DNA of 63,160 nucleotides, filler included, from Globobulimina sp. (Eukaryota): NCBI GenBank assembly GCA_003354225.1. It is 52 parts of 52 records of this genome, joined end to end, with 100 filler letters (N's around TTAATTAATTAA, not from the genome) between each part and the next. Parts side by side here need not be neighbours in the genome. Positions count along the whole stretch, not along the records: positions 48,669 to 49,784 come from PIVH01023090.1; positions 49,885 to 51,000 come from PIVH01023091.1; positions 51,101 to 52,216 come from PIVH01023092.1; positions 52,317 to 53,432 come from PIVH01023093.1; positions 53,533 to 54,648 come from PIVH01023094.1; positions 54,749 to 55,864 come from PIVH01023095.1; positions 55,965 to 57,080 come from PIVH01023096.1; positions 57,181 to 58,296 come from PIVH01023097.1; 44 more parts are not named here. One strand, 5' to 3'. Shown piece by piece: positions 49,283 to 62,110 of this stretch (position 1 is its first letter; each line of letters starts with the position of its first letter). The notes under the pieces were generated by a model. It saw only the letters and a program-made list of their open reading frames with translations, ran no database searches and was not told where the DNA came from. The position numbers and the translations under genes were made by a program.

Positions 49283-49784
49283 TCAAACCCTGTATTTGTA
49301 TTTTTTAATATTCGTATTCCATTCAGCCACAGCGGCATAATGATGAAATTTAGCTGTTACAAAATTGCCAACAGTTTTCTTACAGATTAATAATGTTTGG
49401 TGTTTTGTTAATTTCTGGTGATTTGATAATTTGGTGCGTGCATATTCTTTATCAACGTCATCAAAGTCAATGGGTTTTGAGAATTGATCACTTTTCACAA
49501 TGAACTTTTCCAAAATAACCATTGAATTATCAATGCTGCTGCATTTATCTCCCATTTTTAATTCTCGCGCCAGTTCTTTTCTAATCACTCTGATTTGAAT
49601 AAAATAATCTTTTTTTGCTCTCACATTATTTGATTTCAGAATTAACTTCTTTTCATTGACTTGTTTGATATGAGCTAGTTTTACGCCTGGTATCAGAGGT
49701 AAAAACCCAATCTCCTTCGCCTCCACTTCGACCTTGCTCGCCCTGCGTAGAAATTGCTTAGTTTCCATGGAACAATGCTCCAGC
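49283..49784 (-). CDS. Hypothetical basic protein fragment
   Basis: ORF only. Confidence 0.3.
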
Positions 49785-50140
49785 NNNNNNNNNNNNNNNN
49801 NNNNNNNNNNNNNNNNNNNNNNNNNNNNTTAATTAATTAANNNNNNNNNNNNNNNNNNNNNNNNNNNNNNNNNNNNNNNNNNNNACATTCTATTCGAGTC
49901 AAACAGAAACTAACCATTCTGTTTCTTTTTATCTTAATGTTATAGAATGTATATCTTTCTCATCAATGAGAATGAGCACATTCCATGCTTTGTAAATAGA
50001 AAAGCAAGTATGTAATGAAAAACTATCGAGAAGAAGAGAATTGGAGGTAAAATAAAATTAAACATATTATATATGGTCAATAATTATATCAATGTATTAT
50101 ATATTATTTGGTTGCAAAATACAAAAAATACATTTAATAA

Positions 50141-51000
50141 CTACTTGATTGGGATATATTTAAATGAGCGATTTGATGAATATCTAATAAGAATAATCAT
50201 AATTACAGACACTAATCCCATTCCTATCCATAAAATACGGTTTGTAATTATTAAATTTGCGCCATGTGAATTCATTGAAAATAATAAAGTTTTACTATCT
50301 TCAAATGCAATTTCATCCAGACCATCACATTGTAAATCAAAACTAATTCCGCCAATATTTGTAAACTGATCATCATCACCAAAACAGCCACAATTCCCAC
50401 GGATGCAAAACTGCTTAAAATTATCATTATTATTATTTTCATTAAAATTGTTATTAATTTCACCTTTTGTATCTTTGTTATCATATATAGCAAATGCGCA
50501 TGCTTCAGATTTGTGATTGGGCATAGAAAAATAATCATATTTGGCCTTCTCAACATTGATTCCAGCGAAAATGTCATTAATTCGTACCTTTGTATTTGAT
50601 AAAAAAGTAAATTTTGTATTAAACCACGAAGCAATTCCTAAGACGCGGCCAGTTAATGATTTTAAATTACGTACATTTATATTACCATTTTGTAATATTT
50701 TAATATCTGATAATTCCGCACTTATTCCAAATATCTGATTCATAGAATATTCAACTTGGTATGGCGGTTGTTGTGAGCCTACAACTTTGCTCGTATCACT
50801 ATTGGTTTCATCGTTTGATCTCGAAATACAAATACCTTCTTCAGCTAAACCTGTGTTATCAAACAAATTATAAATATCTATATCACCATCAAACCGCACA
50901 TTATCGACATTTGTAATTTTAAGAGCCATCAAATCCTTTCCAGGATGCACAATTCTATCCATCGCATACATGGGCTACAAGCAATCACCCCCAAACGTTG
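50141..51000 (-). CDS. Type I membrane protein, C-terminal part
   Basis: Beta-rich ectodomain-like sequence, TM helix ILWIGMGLVSVIMIILI, short tail with YIPI. Confidence 0.6.
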
Positions 51001-51116
51001 NNNNNNNNNNNNNNNNNNNNNNNNNNNNNNNNNNNNNNNNNNNNTTAATTAATTAANNNNNNNNNNNNNNNNNNNNNNNNNNNNNNNNNNNNNNNNNNNN
51101 TCTTGATTTATAAATA

Positions 51117-51186
51117 AGTCGCCTCAGGAATTGAACCTGAATCTTCTGGCTACATTCAAGCAGTGCTCTACTTGAGCTATGCGACA
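51117..51186 (-). ncRNA. tRNA-like element, family A (homologue of 2259-2334)
   Basis: GTCGCA-TAGCTCAAGTAGAGCA-CTGCTTGAATGTAGCCAG-AAGAT-TCAGGTTCAATTCCTGA-GGCGAC. Confidence 0.7.
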
Positions 51187-51213
51187 ATTCGTTGTTTACC
51201 AAAATAAGATATT

Positions 51214-51606
51214 TATTGGCGGGATTTGCGTTTGTTTTCTATCTCTCATTGTTGGCGGATTTGTGTTTGTTTTTATCTCTCATTGTTGGTGGCTTTGCGG
51301 TTGTTTTTGTGTGAAACATTGAATCGACAACGAAACGCAAAAATTAGCGCTGAATCCCACCAATAATGACACACCAAAACAAACACAAATCCACCAACAA
51401 TGACAGACAAAAAACAAACCCAAATCCACCAATAATGAGAGATAAAACAAAAGCAAATCCGCCAACAATGAGAGACAAAAACAAAGACACCAATAATATG
51501 ACACAAAAACAACTGCAAAGACACCAATAATATGACACAAAAACAACTGCAAAACCACCAATAATATGACACAAAAACAACTGCAAAGCCACCAATAATT
51601 TCACAC
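51214..51606. repeat. Fold-back array of ~33-35 bp units
   Basis: ATCTCTCATTGTTGGCGGATTTG units on the left, reverse complements on the right; then CACCAATAATATGACACAAAAACAACTGCAAA x3. Confidence 0.85.
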
Positions 51607-51631
51607 AAAAAGGTCGACCGGAAGTTGGTAC

Positions 51632-52096
51632 TTTTTGCGATTTTTGCTATATATGCGATTTTTGCGACTTTGCGATTTTATGATATTTGCGATTTTTGAG
51701 ATGGATATATAGGTCTGCGATTCTTGCGATTTTTGCGATTTTGCGATTTTTGAGATTTATATATAGGTCTGCGATTTCTACGATTTTTGCGATTTTGCGA
51801 TTTTATGGAAATCGCAAAACGCATATATACCTTTGCGATTTCTGCGATTTTTGCGATGGATATATACTACCCTATCATATCCTACACTACCCTATCCTAT
51901 CCTATCATATCCTATCCTATACTACCCTATCCTAAAATCGCAAAATCGCAAAAATCGCAAAAATCGCAGACCTATATATCCATCTCAAAATCGCAAAATC
52001 GCAAAAAACGCAGAAATCGCAAAGGTATATATGCGTTTTTGCGATTTCCATATCCATCTCGAAAATCGCAAAATCGCAAAAATCGCAGAAATCGCA
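51632..52096. repeat. Fold-back array of TTTTGCGA motifs around a (CTATC/CTACC)n core
   Basis: TTTTGCGA-type units at about 51632-51857, TCGCAAAA-type units at about 51935-52096. Confidence 0.9.
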
Positions 52097-53612
52097 TATT
52101 CCTGAGGCGACTTATTTATAAATCAAGAAAATATAAAAAATTTGGAAATAACTCACAAAAGATTAAAGTTCAAGACTTAGAGAATGAGGATATATTTCAA
52201 CACATTCATTGAGTGGNNNNNNNNNNNNNNNNNNNNNNNNNNNNNNNNNNNNNNNNNNNNTTAATTAATTAANNNNNNNNNNNNNNNNNNNNNNNNNNNN
52301 NNNNNNNNNNNNNNNNATGTGGAATATGTAATGGATGAATACCATAAATGGGATTGATTTGCCTGCAATTTATAGATATTTGATGGGAATGGGATGGAAG
52401 TGGAGTTAGCTGCAGATAGAATATTATTCTTTAAGGAAATACTTGTACAGGATCATTTCTATAGGAAATATTCTTAATCACAAGTCTTTGAAACAAACCC
52501 CCTAAAACTCCTGATGATGAAGAAAGATATTTATATCGTCGATAGTGAGCAGAGGTTGAGCGTGAGGCTACGTACGGAGTGATTTTATCATTCTAAATAC
52601 ACCGCTTTTGAATGTTTGTTCATTATTTCTATCGCTTTTGAAATTGATGGATGCATTTCGATGATCGCGCTATAGACACTTGTGTGTGAGCAATTTATTT
52701 CTCATAATATAGCTGTCAGTAGCTACCTCTCTACCTCTGTTTTTTCCGATATGACTTCACTACCAACTAGTTTACTAAAACGTTTTTACGCAATATCTTT
52801 AAATTGTCGGATTTATTCCGATAGCTGCATAAATGATGCCTTTTTGAGTCAAATATGCAGCATAAAAAAAATAATAGCAATTTAAATCTTTCAATTTATG
52901 CCAATCCTAAATTGATAATTATAGCGTATTATTCACTATTAAGAAACACAAAATGCAAATAATTGTAATCGAAAAAAAAAAAAAAAGAAGAAAGGAAGAT
53001 GATAACTACTGAGTATCTTAATATTGCATATTTGGAAAGAAGTGTTAATAAGGAATGATGTTGACGCAAACCAATCCAAATATGTTTTGTCTCAAGTTAA
53101 TATCACTTGGTGCTTTCTTCTTGTTTTAAAGTGCATAATATTGGCGTATATTTATACACGATTCAATTTACTGCAAAATGCTTATGGTTTCATTCATTTT
53201 GTTTAAATTAAAAATGTTGAACAAAATGCAGTCAGTCAGTCAGTCACAAGAAAACATCATGCATCATCCAGCATGACAATGGCAACTCAATTGCAAGTTT
53301 GCGAGTCGATCGATATCGATCGATCCTGTATTTAACAATGAACAATGGAGCCACTTGAATTAATTCATGATGAACATTTTACAGTTCATATAATTCCTTT
53401 TAATATCGACGCATTCATACCAATGATATCGANNNNNNNNNNNNNNNNNNNNNNNNNNNNNNNNNNNNNNNNNNNNTTAATTAATTAANNNNNNNNNNNN
53501 NNNNNNNNNNNNNNNNNNNNNNNNNNNNNNNNTTTTGTTTTCAATCAATTCAATAGCAAAATAAACTTATGAAACTAATTATAAATTATAATACGTTTTG
53601 TTAATTTTTAAG

Positions 53613-54648
53613 TCAAACAAACTTAAAATAATATTTGTCATCTTCAACAATTAATTTGTTATTGTATCCAAAATAAAATTGCAGAAACCTTTTTGATTTC
53701 GAAGAGAATTCAACATTCCCCAAAGCAATTAATTCCAACTTTGTATCACCAGTGTTTTCCGCCGATATCAAAGATAATTTCTTTGCCACTTTGGTAGATT
53801 CAGTTTCTTTAATTTTAAGCAGCTCCTCTCGCGATGTTGTAATATATTGAAGCGGTCCTGAAAATGAAAATGAATTTAATGATTTTGGAATATTATCCAA
53901 TAATTTTAAAACTGGTTCAAAATAACCCTCACGAATTACACTTAATACACTACGACGTCGCCTGCCAAATGATACATTTATTGAGCTTAATTTAAAATTA
54001 TCCTCCGCACTCTTTATAAATCGAATAAAATGATCAACAAATGTGCTAATAAATCTTGGTCTGTTTGGATAGAATGCCAAGGAAGTCGTGTTTGAATATG
54101 AAATGTGTTTAAATCAAAACGTGTTTCATATGCATGTTTTAAATTTGTTAACGATTTCAAAATATTAATACTATTGCCATACGACATTCTTTTAAACGTC
54201 AACGATCGTAATGGAGATAGTGGTACCCGTTCATTATCGATCTCTGAGCAATGGATTCTTTTATTTATCAACAAACAACGAAATACAGCCTGCCAATCAA
54301 TACGAATACGCAATGAATAACCATCAAATGTAAACGTTTTAATGCCAAGAAAACATAAAAGTAATTTGGTTAACATATGTTGACAGCATTCTGGCAATGG
54401 ATTTGCATTTGGCACCAATGTAACATTCAATTCTTGCACAGATAAGCAACGATAAACAATGGTGTCGACTTTTTTTGTAAGCGTAGTTATAGCATGGCAG
54501 CTAACTGATAATGCTTTTAATTGTTTCAATTTTGAGGAAATCAGCGGAATCAATGTGTCTTGCAATAGGTCCCAACGCAGCCGATTTGTTATCGTCAATG
54601 ATTGTAATTGAGCATAATTGTTAATTACGGGAATGATGATAGCATTGA
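53613..54648 (-). pseudogene. LRR-like hypothetical protein split by a frameshift near 54070
   Basis: Two overlapping same-strand ORFs; LKQLKALSV, VQELNV, LRSLTF. Confidence 0.4.
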
Positions 54649-55039
54649 NNNNNNNNNNNNNNNNNNNNNNNNNNNNNNNNNNNNNNNNNNNNTTAATTAA
54701 TTAANNNNNNNNNNNNNNNNNNNNNNNNNNNNNNNNNNNNNNNNNNNNTATGCCTCAGTTTCTACCTGGGCATACATAACCGCATTTTTTTACTAATATA
54801 TAATATATATGTACTAAATTTTTTTATTTACTAAAATTTACTACATTTTTTTATGTACTAAATTTCTTGTATATATTTTGAATATATTTTTACTATATTT
54901 GTATGTTTTATGTACAAGGATGATCAAAATTGCGGAAATACAAGCTTAAAATACATAGGAAATATGATAGAAAACAACAAAAAAATGCAAAAGCAGCAAC
55001 ATAAATAAAAAACATAAGGAGTACAATACGAAAAGATAG

Positions 55040-55614
55040 CTATGGGCCGTTTGGATTGATGGCAGCCAATATTCGATTATATTCATTCAACACTAACTGC
55101 AAATTGTTTAATATTGATGTTGTCTGAAATTGTAAATCATTCATTTGTTTTGTTAATGAATACATTTGATCAGATATTGAATGTGTTGGCTTTGGATTCA
55201 ATTTATTTATGCCATTGATTAGGCGTCGTTTGATATTAACAGCAAAACCATTTTCTGCACAATAATCTCTGTTTAGAAGCAGTAAAATACATCCAATGTT
55301 TTACTATGTAACTAAATGAGTAAAATACATCCATACCTTGCATCTTTTGCAGTCCACATATTGAGGTCATCGATGGTGATATCATGTTCTCTGAAACATG
55401 ATTGTAACGATTCAATTCTATTTATTCTTAAAAATCCAGCAATTTCTGCATTATTCAAAAGCCATGAAAGATTCATTTGTCGCGCTTCTCTTTTTTCTTC
55501 TTTCTGTTCCTCTTTCTTTTCATCTTGAACATCATTAATTTGTTGCTCTGACATCCCTTCCAGTTGTACATCTCCTTCCTCCGCTTCATTCATTTGAATG
55601 TCGAATTGTGCCAT
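55040..55614 (-). CDS. SAM-domain protein (intron 55269-55336)
   Basis: Splicing gives FREHDITIDDLNMWTAKDAR/DYCAENGFAVNIKRRLINGINKL. Confidence 0.7.
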
Positions 55615-55964
55615 TATTGATATGAAAAACCTTTGCAAAACTTCTTTAAAATAGACCTACAGTATACATATAAATAAGATAAAAATATACCAAAACTTTA
55701 ATAAAAAAATAAAATACAATATATCAAATTTTTAATATATTTTTGGTATATTTCAAAATCCATTGCTTATTTGAACATTTTATCAGTATGAGAGTCTTGA
55801 AACAATATTTTTACAATTTTACTTTGATAATACCATTTTGCTTGGTATTTATCGCGTTTCGCCTNNNNNNNNNNNNNNNNNNNNNNNNNNNNNNNNNNNN
55901 NNNNNNNNTTAATTAATTAANNNNNNNNNNNNNNNNNNNNNNNNNNNNNNNNNNNNNNNNNNNN

Positions 55965-57080
55965 CAATCAGTGGATGAAAACCTGAGATTATGGAAGGAG
56001 ATGATCGAAGCGAGCGAAGAAGGACAGGCAACGTGCGTACGAATGCGGTTAGACATGCAATCGGATAACGGCACCTTGCGAGACCCCACCATTTACAGGT
56101 GCAACATCAAGGATTCTCACCATCAAACTGGCCGCAAATTCAACGTGTACCCCACCTACGACTTTGCGTGCCCCATAGTGGACAGTATAGAAGGCGTGAC
56201 CCACGCCTTCAGATCGAAGGAGTACAATGAACGCAATGACCAATACAAATTGATGTGGGAGATCATCTGTGGCGGACAGAAGAACCCATTGGATGACAAT
56301 GGCATAATCCGCAAAGGATCGCCGCTTGTGCTGCCCAATATGTTTCAATTCAGTCGGTTGGATTTTGTACGGACCGTGTTATCCAAACGCAAATTGGCCA
56401 AATTAATCGAAAGAGGAGTGGTGAACGGCTGGGACGATCCGCGTCTGCCTACAGTGCAAGGCATATTTCGTCGCGGATTGCAGTTGGAAGCATTGGATAA
56501 ATTTGTAATGGATCAGGCAATGTCGGTTGTCAATACGGAGCAGGAATGGGATAAAATATGGGCGTATAATCCGGACATTTTAGATCCGAAAGTTGGTCGT
56601 TATTTTGCCGTATCGGAGGAGCGGATTGTTATTAATATCGCAAACATAGCACAGTGCAGTGGCAAAACTGTGCCATTGGCACCGCCAAAATATACGGAGA
56701 TGAAGGGACAGACCAAAGTGTTGGGGATATCCAATAAAATATTTGTGGAGAGATTTGAAATGAAGAATGCCATGGAAAGAAACAAAAAAAAGAATGAGAG
56801 CAGGTTGATTTTAATGAATTGGGGCATTATCAATATGGATAAGATAAACTATGATGGCGACGACGTGATTAGTATTGATGCGACATTCGAGAAAGATAAT
56901 AATAATTATAAGGGAAAGTGTGCAGTGAATTGGGTGGCGGACAATGGTTTGAATAATTTGGTTCCAATCAAATTGGTCGAATTGGATTATTTATTTAATT
57001 ATGTCGAAAGTCCGAAAGAAAGCGATGAGAAAAGTATGGAATGGGTCTTGGAAGAAAGTAAACAGGAAACTTGGTTTGAG
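55965..57080 (+). CDS. Cytosolic eukaryote-type glutamyl-tRNA synthetase (partial)
   Basis: LRDPTIYRC, YPTYDFACPIVDSIEGVTHA, LSKRKL, GWDDPRLPTVQG. Confidence 0.93.
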
Positions 57081-57262
57081 NNNNNNNNNNNNNNNNNNNN
57101 NNNNNNNNNNNNNNNNNNNNNNNNTTAATTAATTAANNNNNNNNNNNNNNNNNNNNNNNNNNNNNNNNNNNNNNNNNNNNGAAAAGTGTGTAAAATCAGT
57201 GCAATTTCAATGCAAAGTTATGCAAACTGTGTATTTTCGATGAAAAGCATGTTTTTCACTGA

Positions 57263-58296
57263 AAAAACAATGATTTTTCTAATTCACGGTGTTACAGTAA
57301 TGGACATGGTCAATGTGCTGTTGGTAGTTTTGATACACAGATTACAAAATGTAGACATATTGAATATTTCAACAAAATAAAGAAAAATATACACAAAATA
57401 TTTATGACTCCATACAGTTACTCAGTATTTTGGTTGACAACAGACAATGAAATTTATGCAAATGGTCACAATAGTTCTTATAATTTGGGCATATATAACA
57501 AGGACAATCAAAGCAAACCATCAATAATTATCGCTTTGAAAGATATTAAAGATATACAATCAGGAAGGCATCATAGTGTCGCAATGGATAACAATGGAAA
57601 TGTTTATGGTGCTGGAAATAACAAATATTTTGGAGGACATAATTATAATACAAACAAAGGATGGAATCAAATAATGTTCTTTAGAAATAAACAAATAAAA
57701 CAAATTAAATGTGGGCAATGCCATACATTATTTTTATCGTCAGACAGTTGTTTATATGGTGCCGGTCTGAATAGTTCTGGTGAATTAGGACAAGGAAACT
57801 GTGCCGATTATACCACAAAGGGACCACTGTTAATTAAATATTTTACAAGTAACTATATAACGGTAAAAGATATATGCTGTGGACGCTACCATAATTTAGC
57901 AATTGATGATAAAGGCCGTTTATATGCGTGGGGTAATAATAAATATGGTCATTGTGGTATTAATAAATCGTCAAATATATTATCACCACAATTGGTGGAA
58001 ACCTTGAAAACAGAAAATATCACAAAAATACAATGTGGCGCACTTCATTCTTGTGTCTGTAGCAAAGGGAAATATTTTATGTTTGGATATAATACATATA
58101 ATGAAGTTAGTTTAGAGGAGCAAAAAGAACATAAAATATTTATACCCAAATACATCAACGATATTGTGAGTGAGAAAACAAATGGTAAACAAATAAAGAA
58201 TGTGTGTTTAGGTTATTTTTGCACATTTATTTTTGTTTGCGATTCAATACAATCTGAAAATAACAAGCTTAAGGTACAAAATGATGCAAATTATAT
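57263..58296 (+). CDS. RCC1-repeat protein (partial; frame broken upstream at about 57260)
   Basis: SGRHHS, CGQCHT, GLNSSGELG, CGRYHN, WGNNKYGHCG. Confidence 0.9.
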
Positions 58297-58957
58297 NNNN
58301 NNNNNNNNNNNNNNNNNNNNNNNNNNNNNNNNNNNNNNNNTTAATTAATTAANNNNNNNNNNNNNNNNNNNNNNNNNNNNNNNNNNNNNNNNNNNNGTCA
58401 TTACTTCCACGTTATAACTTTCGCCGTAATTTTTCTGTTATTTAATGTTATATGTGTTGATTAGTTTTGTTTTTAATGTACTGTGAGATAATATAACTTC
58501 ATATATTGTGAAAGCTCTTTCAATGTAATTTGGCTGAAATCCCATACAAACCAACATAGCGCGAATATCGTGTTTATTGGACCTGTGGTATTTAATAGCA
58601 TTTGTTCATATTTTGTATTGGCAAAGAAAAGCATAATGTGTTTGACATGTAACTTACATTGTTTTCACTGCTGATTGTGCAAAATGTAGGATTTTTTTCA
58701 GCCAAAAACAAGTGACGCGATATAGAATATCTGAACAGTGCATTTTGAAAGCAGAGGACCAACACCATGACCAATCATGAATAACCAATTACCACGACAT
58801 TAAAAAACAAAAACGACAATCCTGACAATAATAAAATTATATCGAAATAAAACATAAAAAAAAAACTATGAAAAAAATTTAAAATCAAAAAAAAAAAAAT
58901 GGGAAAAATGTGAGAAAGTTAAAATACATTAATACAAAATAAACCATTATAATTCCA

Positions 58958-59512
58958 TTACAAAAATGAGACTTGATTATAATTACAAAATTGTTTGGTC
59001 CAATCATTTCTTGATATATATCCGTTGCAACTGCAATCTAAAAATGCCTGAATTGTATACCTTTCAGAATTTGATAAATTTCGTTTCAATGCTTCCTCCG
59101 CAAACGTATGCAATTCACTCGCACCAATTCTCCCATCACCATCGCTGTCCAAATTATTAAAATACGAAACCACACGGGATTGCAATTTATCATAATCAAT
59201 TTCTGGACTATTTTCCGTATATTCATCACCTACTAATTGGGCATCATCATTCCTTACATTCCCACCATTGGCCATATACCAATACATTAAGCGATATTGT
59301 TTCGCCGCTAACACACTAAACAGTAACATTATAACAGCCATTCCTATCATGTATATGCCTGCAAACATGCTCAATGTTATCGTTGCGCCACCTAAGTATC
59401 AACATGGCGACATGACATGACATGACATGTTTTTTGAGTGAGTCACTTAAGTAAATCATGTCGTACCTTGTAGCTCAGCAAAGGTCAATAACGAGATTGA
59501 AATATAAAACAT
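58958..59512 (-). CDS. Membrane protein with two C-terminal EF-hands (intron at about 59392-59466)
   Basis: TM helix, then DSDGDGRIGASEL and DCSCNGYISRND. Confidence 0.75.
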
Positions 59513-59634
59513 NNNNNNNNNNNNNNNNNNNNNNNNNNNNNNNNNNNNNNNNNNNNTTAATTAATTAANNNNNNNNNNNNNNNNNNNNNNNNNNNNNNNN
59601 NNNNNNNNNNNNTACTGTATATATATATATATGA

Positions 59635-60728
59635 TTACAAATTATTATTAAGTTTTTTTTGAAACACAATTCCCACATTTTTCCGTATTATTCCCTTTTG
59701 CAAATCAGGCAAATGTAATCCTAATCTTTTCATTTTTTCCATTGACATTTCATAGTTTTTAACGACAGATTGATGTCTTTCATTATCTTTATCAACATCT
59801 AAGAAATAACCCATCATTCTTTGATAATCATTCTGAGAATGATCATATTGCCCAAAAACAAATAAATACCACCCACAATTATTAAAAGCTCGTGCAAATT
59901 GTTCAATATATTGCTTCATAACAACCTCCAAATTCTCATTAATCATTACCTCAATCTTTTGCAATCTCAATTGTTGATTATTATTTTTACGAATAAATCC
60001 CAACACAAATTTAAAAATATTTGATAGCCTCATCCAATAATTCATATCCTTATTACATGCACAATATGCAATAGCCTCAATGTTTGGAAATATTGTTGTG
60101 ATAATTCCCAAATTAATCCATCCATTTTCATATTTAAAATATTTGTCATGAAGTTTAGTTTCTGCTTCAAAGAAAAACATATATTTAACTCTTCCACAGT
60201 TAATATGAACAATATCCTTAATATAATCAGGACAACTTTTGAACTCAATTCCATACTTATTCTGTGGCAAACACCTCCAAAATTCATGTGCCAACAACCG
60301 AAACGCCACATGCTTCTCAAATCCGGCATTACTGTCACTGTCCAATTTCCAAGCTGCAAAACTTGGCTTAAACTCACCTGATGTCATCCCACTCATCATT
60401 CGTCGCAGTGCGACAACATACGGTTTGTAATTTATGCCCGACGGTTCAGTGATATTATTGAATCTAAATGGCGATTGTCCTCCAATACAAAATATTTCTG
60501 CTTCCTGTGGAAAATCACTAAGCCATTGCATATCAAAACACATTAAATGTTGTGAATCATCAGCCACTGAGCCTGATTCAGCCACCGACCATTTGATATT
60601 TTCAATCTCAATCTCTAAAACCATCCCTGTCATACCACAAAAGTGGACAGCAACTGCATAGTTCCTCGTGGTGCTAAATGGAGATTTAATGTGTGCGTTC
60701 ATTGAAGAAAAAGTAAAATGTTTATTTG
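59635..60728 (-). CDS. ADP-ribosyltransferase-like protein (5'-partial) with C-terminal domain
   Basis: PFSTTRNYAVAVHF..GMVLEI..WLSDFPQEAEIFCIGG. Confidence 0.65.
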
Positions 60729-61029
60729 NNNNNNNNNNNNNNNNNNNNNNNNNNNNNNNNNNNNNNNNNNNNTTAATTAATTAANNNNNNNNNNNNNNNN
60801 NNNNNNNNNNNNNNNNNNNNNNNNNNNNTAACTGCAACAACGAACTCAGTGATTCGAACAAGATTTTAGTAAAAGTGCAGAAATGTAAGGGGTAAACTGC
60901 ACCGCTTAAATAAATTAATAGTTAAAGTTTGCACATTTTTAATTTACAAATGAGGAATAATGTTAAATTAAAAATAATTGTATGCTAATTGTTTGAAACA
61001 CACTTTTAAGGTTACGTATAATTAATTAG

Positions 61030-61359
61030 TTAATCATCTAATTTTGGGATTGGTAGCTCTTCCCAGGTTCTTGCTTCCCGGGCATCGTTATATGCACTTC
61101 GTCTTCGAACAAAAGGCCGAATAAACGATCTCCGATATCTTGGGTTTCGGGCTTTCTCTTCGTCCAAATGCCAGGCTTTCTTATGTGGTCTTAATCGGAC
61201 CTCGGGATCCAATGTTAATGAGTTGTGAATTACAAATGGCACTGCCATCGCTGCGAAAGCACTCGCGAACAGCATTGGTGAACAAGACAAATACGTATGT
61301 CTTGGCTTTTGAAAAATTAATCTTTCCCACGAAATAGCATAATTCCTAAAGCTCCGCAT
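61030..61359 (-). CDS. NDUFA4/B12D-like small mitochondrial membrane protein
   Basis: PMLFASAFAAMAV (TM) ...LTLDPEVRL..K. Confidence 0.55.
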   Translation of the reverse strand: MRSFRNYAISWERLIFQKPRHTYLSCSPMLFASAFAAMAVPFVIHNSLTLDPEVRLRPHKKAWHLDEEKARNPRYRRSFIRPFVRRRSAYNDAREARTWEELPIPKLDD

Positions 61360-61633
61360 TCTTTCTTTCGTAGCTTGTCTCCTTTTAATTTGATCGAAAA
61401 CGAAAATGTAGAGTGTGTTTCAGGGAAATTTATTGTTTGATTTTTACTTTATGTTTGTTTCATAATTTGGTGCATATTGAGTAGTGTCATAATGTGCTTG
61501 ATTTATTGTTTACTGTCTGTGGTGTCATGATAGTGCAGGATTTTCGAAAGAGCTAAAACAACAATTACAACATATATAGGATGTTTGAGGCGGAACAAAC
61601 GTATGACGCACATTATAATTAACAAAATTGCAT

Positions 61634-61878
61634 TTATTTTTCGTATTTCTTGATGAAGTGTTTGACTGTGCTGTATTCCATAACACCTCTGTGGGCTCCT
61701 TTTCTTTTGGAGGTTATCAAATTTATAGCATCCTTTGGTTTAAATCCTCGTGATAATAACCAACAAGTTGCCATTGTGACTGCTCTGCCTCTCCCAGCCT
61801 TACAATGAATAAACACGCGGCCTAAGCCACTATTTTCTGTATCTCTCCATTCGATAAATTCTTCTATAAATTTGATCT
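61634..61878 (-). CDS. Dual-specificity phosphatase (PTPMT1-like), last exon
   Basis: VFIHCKAGRGRAVT. Confidence 0.8.
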
Positions 61879-62110
61879 GATTAATAAGTAAATCGAAGAG
61901 TAGAACTTTTAGAATCAGAAAGATCAAAGATACATAAAGTCTATNNNNNNNNNNNNNNNNNNNNNNNNNNNNNNNNNNNNNNNNNNNNTTAATTAATTAA
62001 NNNNNNNNNNNNNNNNNNNNNNNNNNNNNNNNNNNNNNNNNNNNAGCTCGGCATCGCACGGTACCGCTTTCGACTCATTCTATAATGCAATAATAACCGA
62101 TGAGTCATCA

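Noticed and set aside
51273-52212. Overlapping ORFs in both directions
   Set aside because: Translations of tandem repeats
52317-53432. Short ORFs
   Set aside because: Mostly intergenic; no motifs
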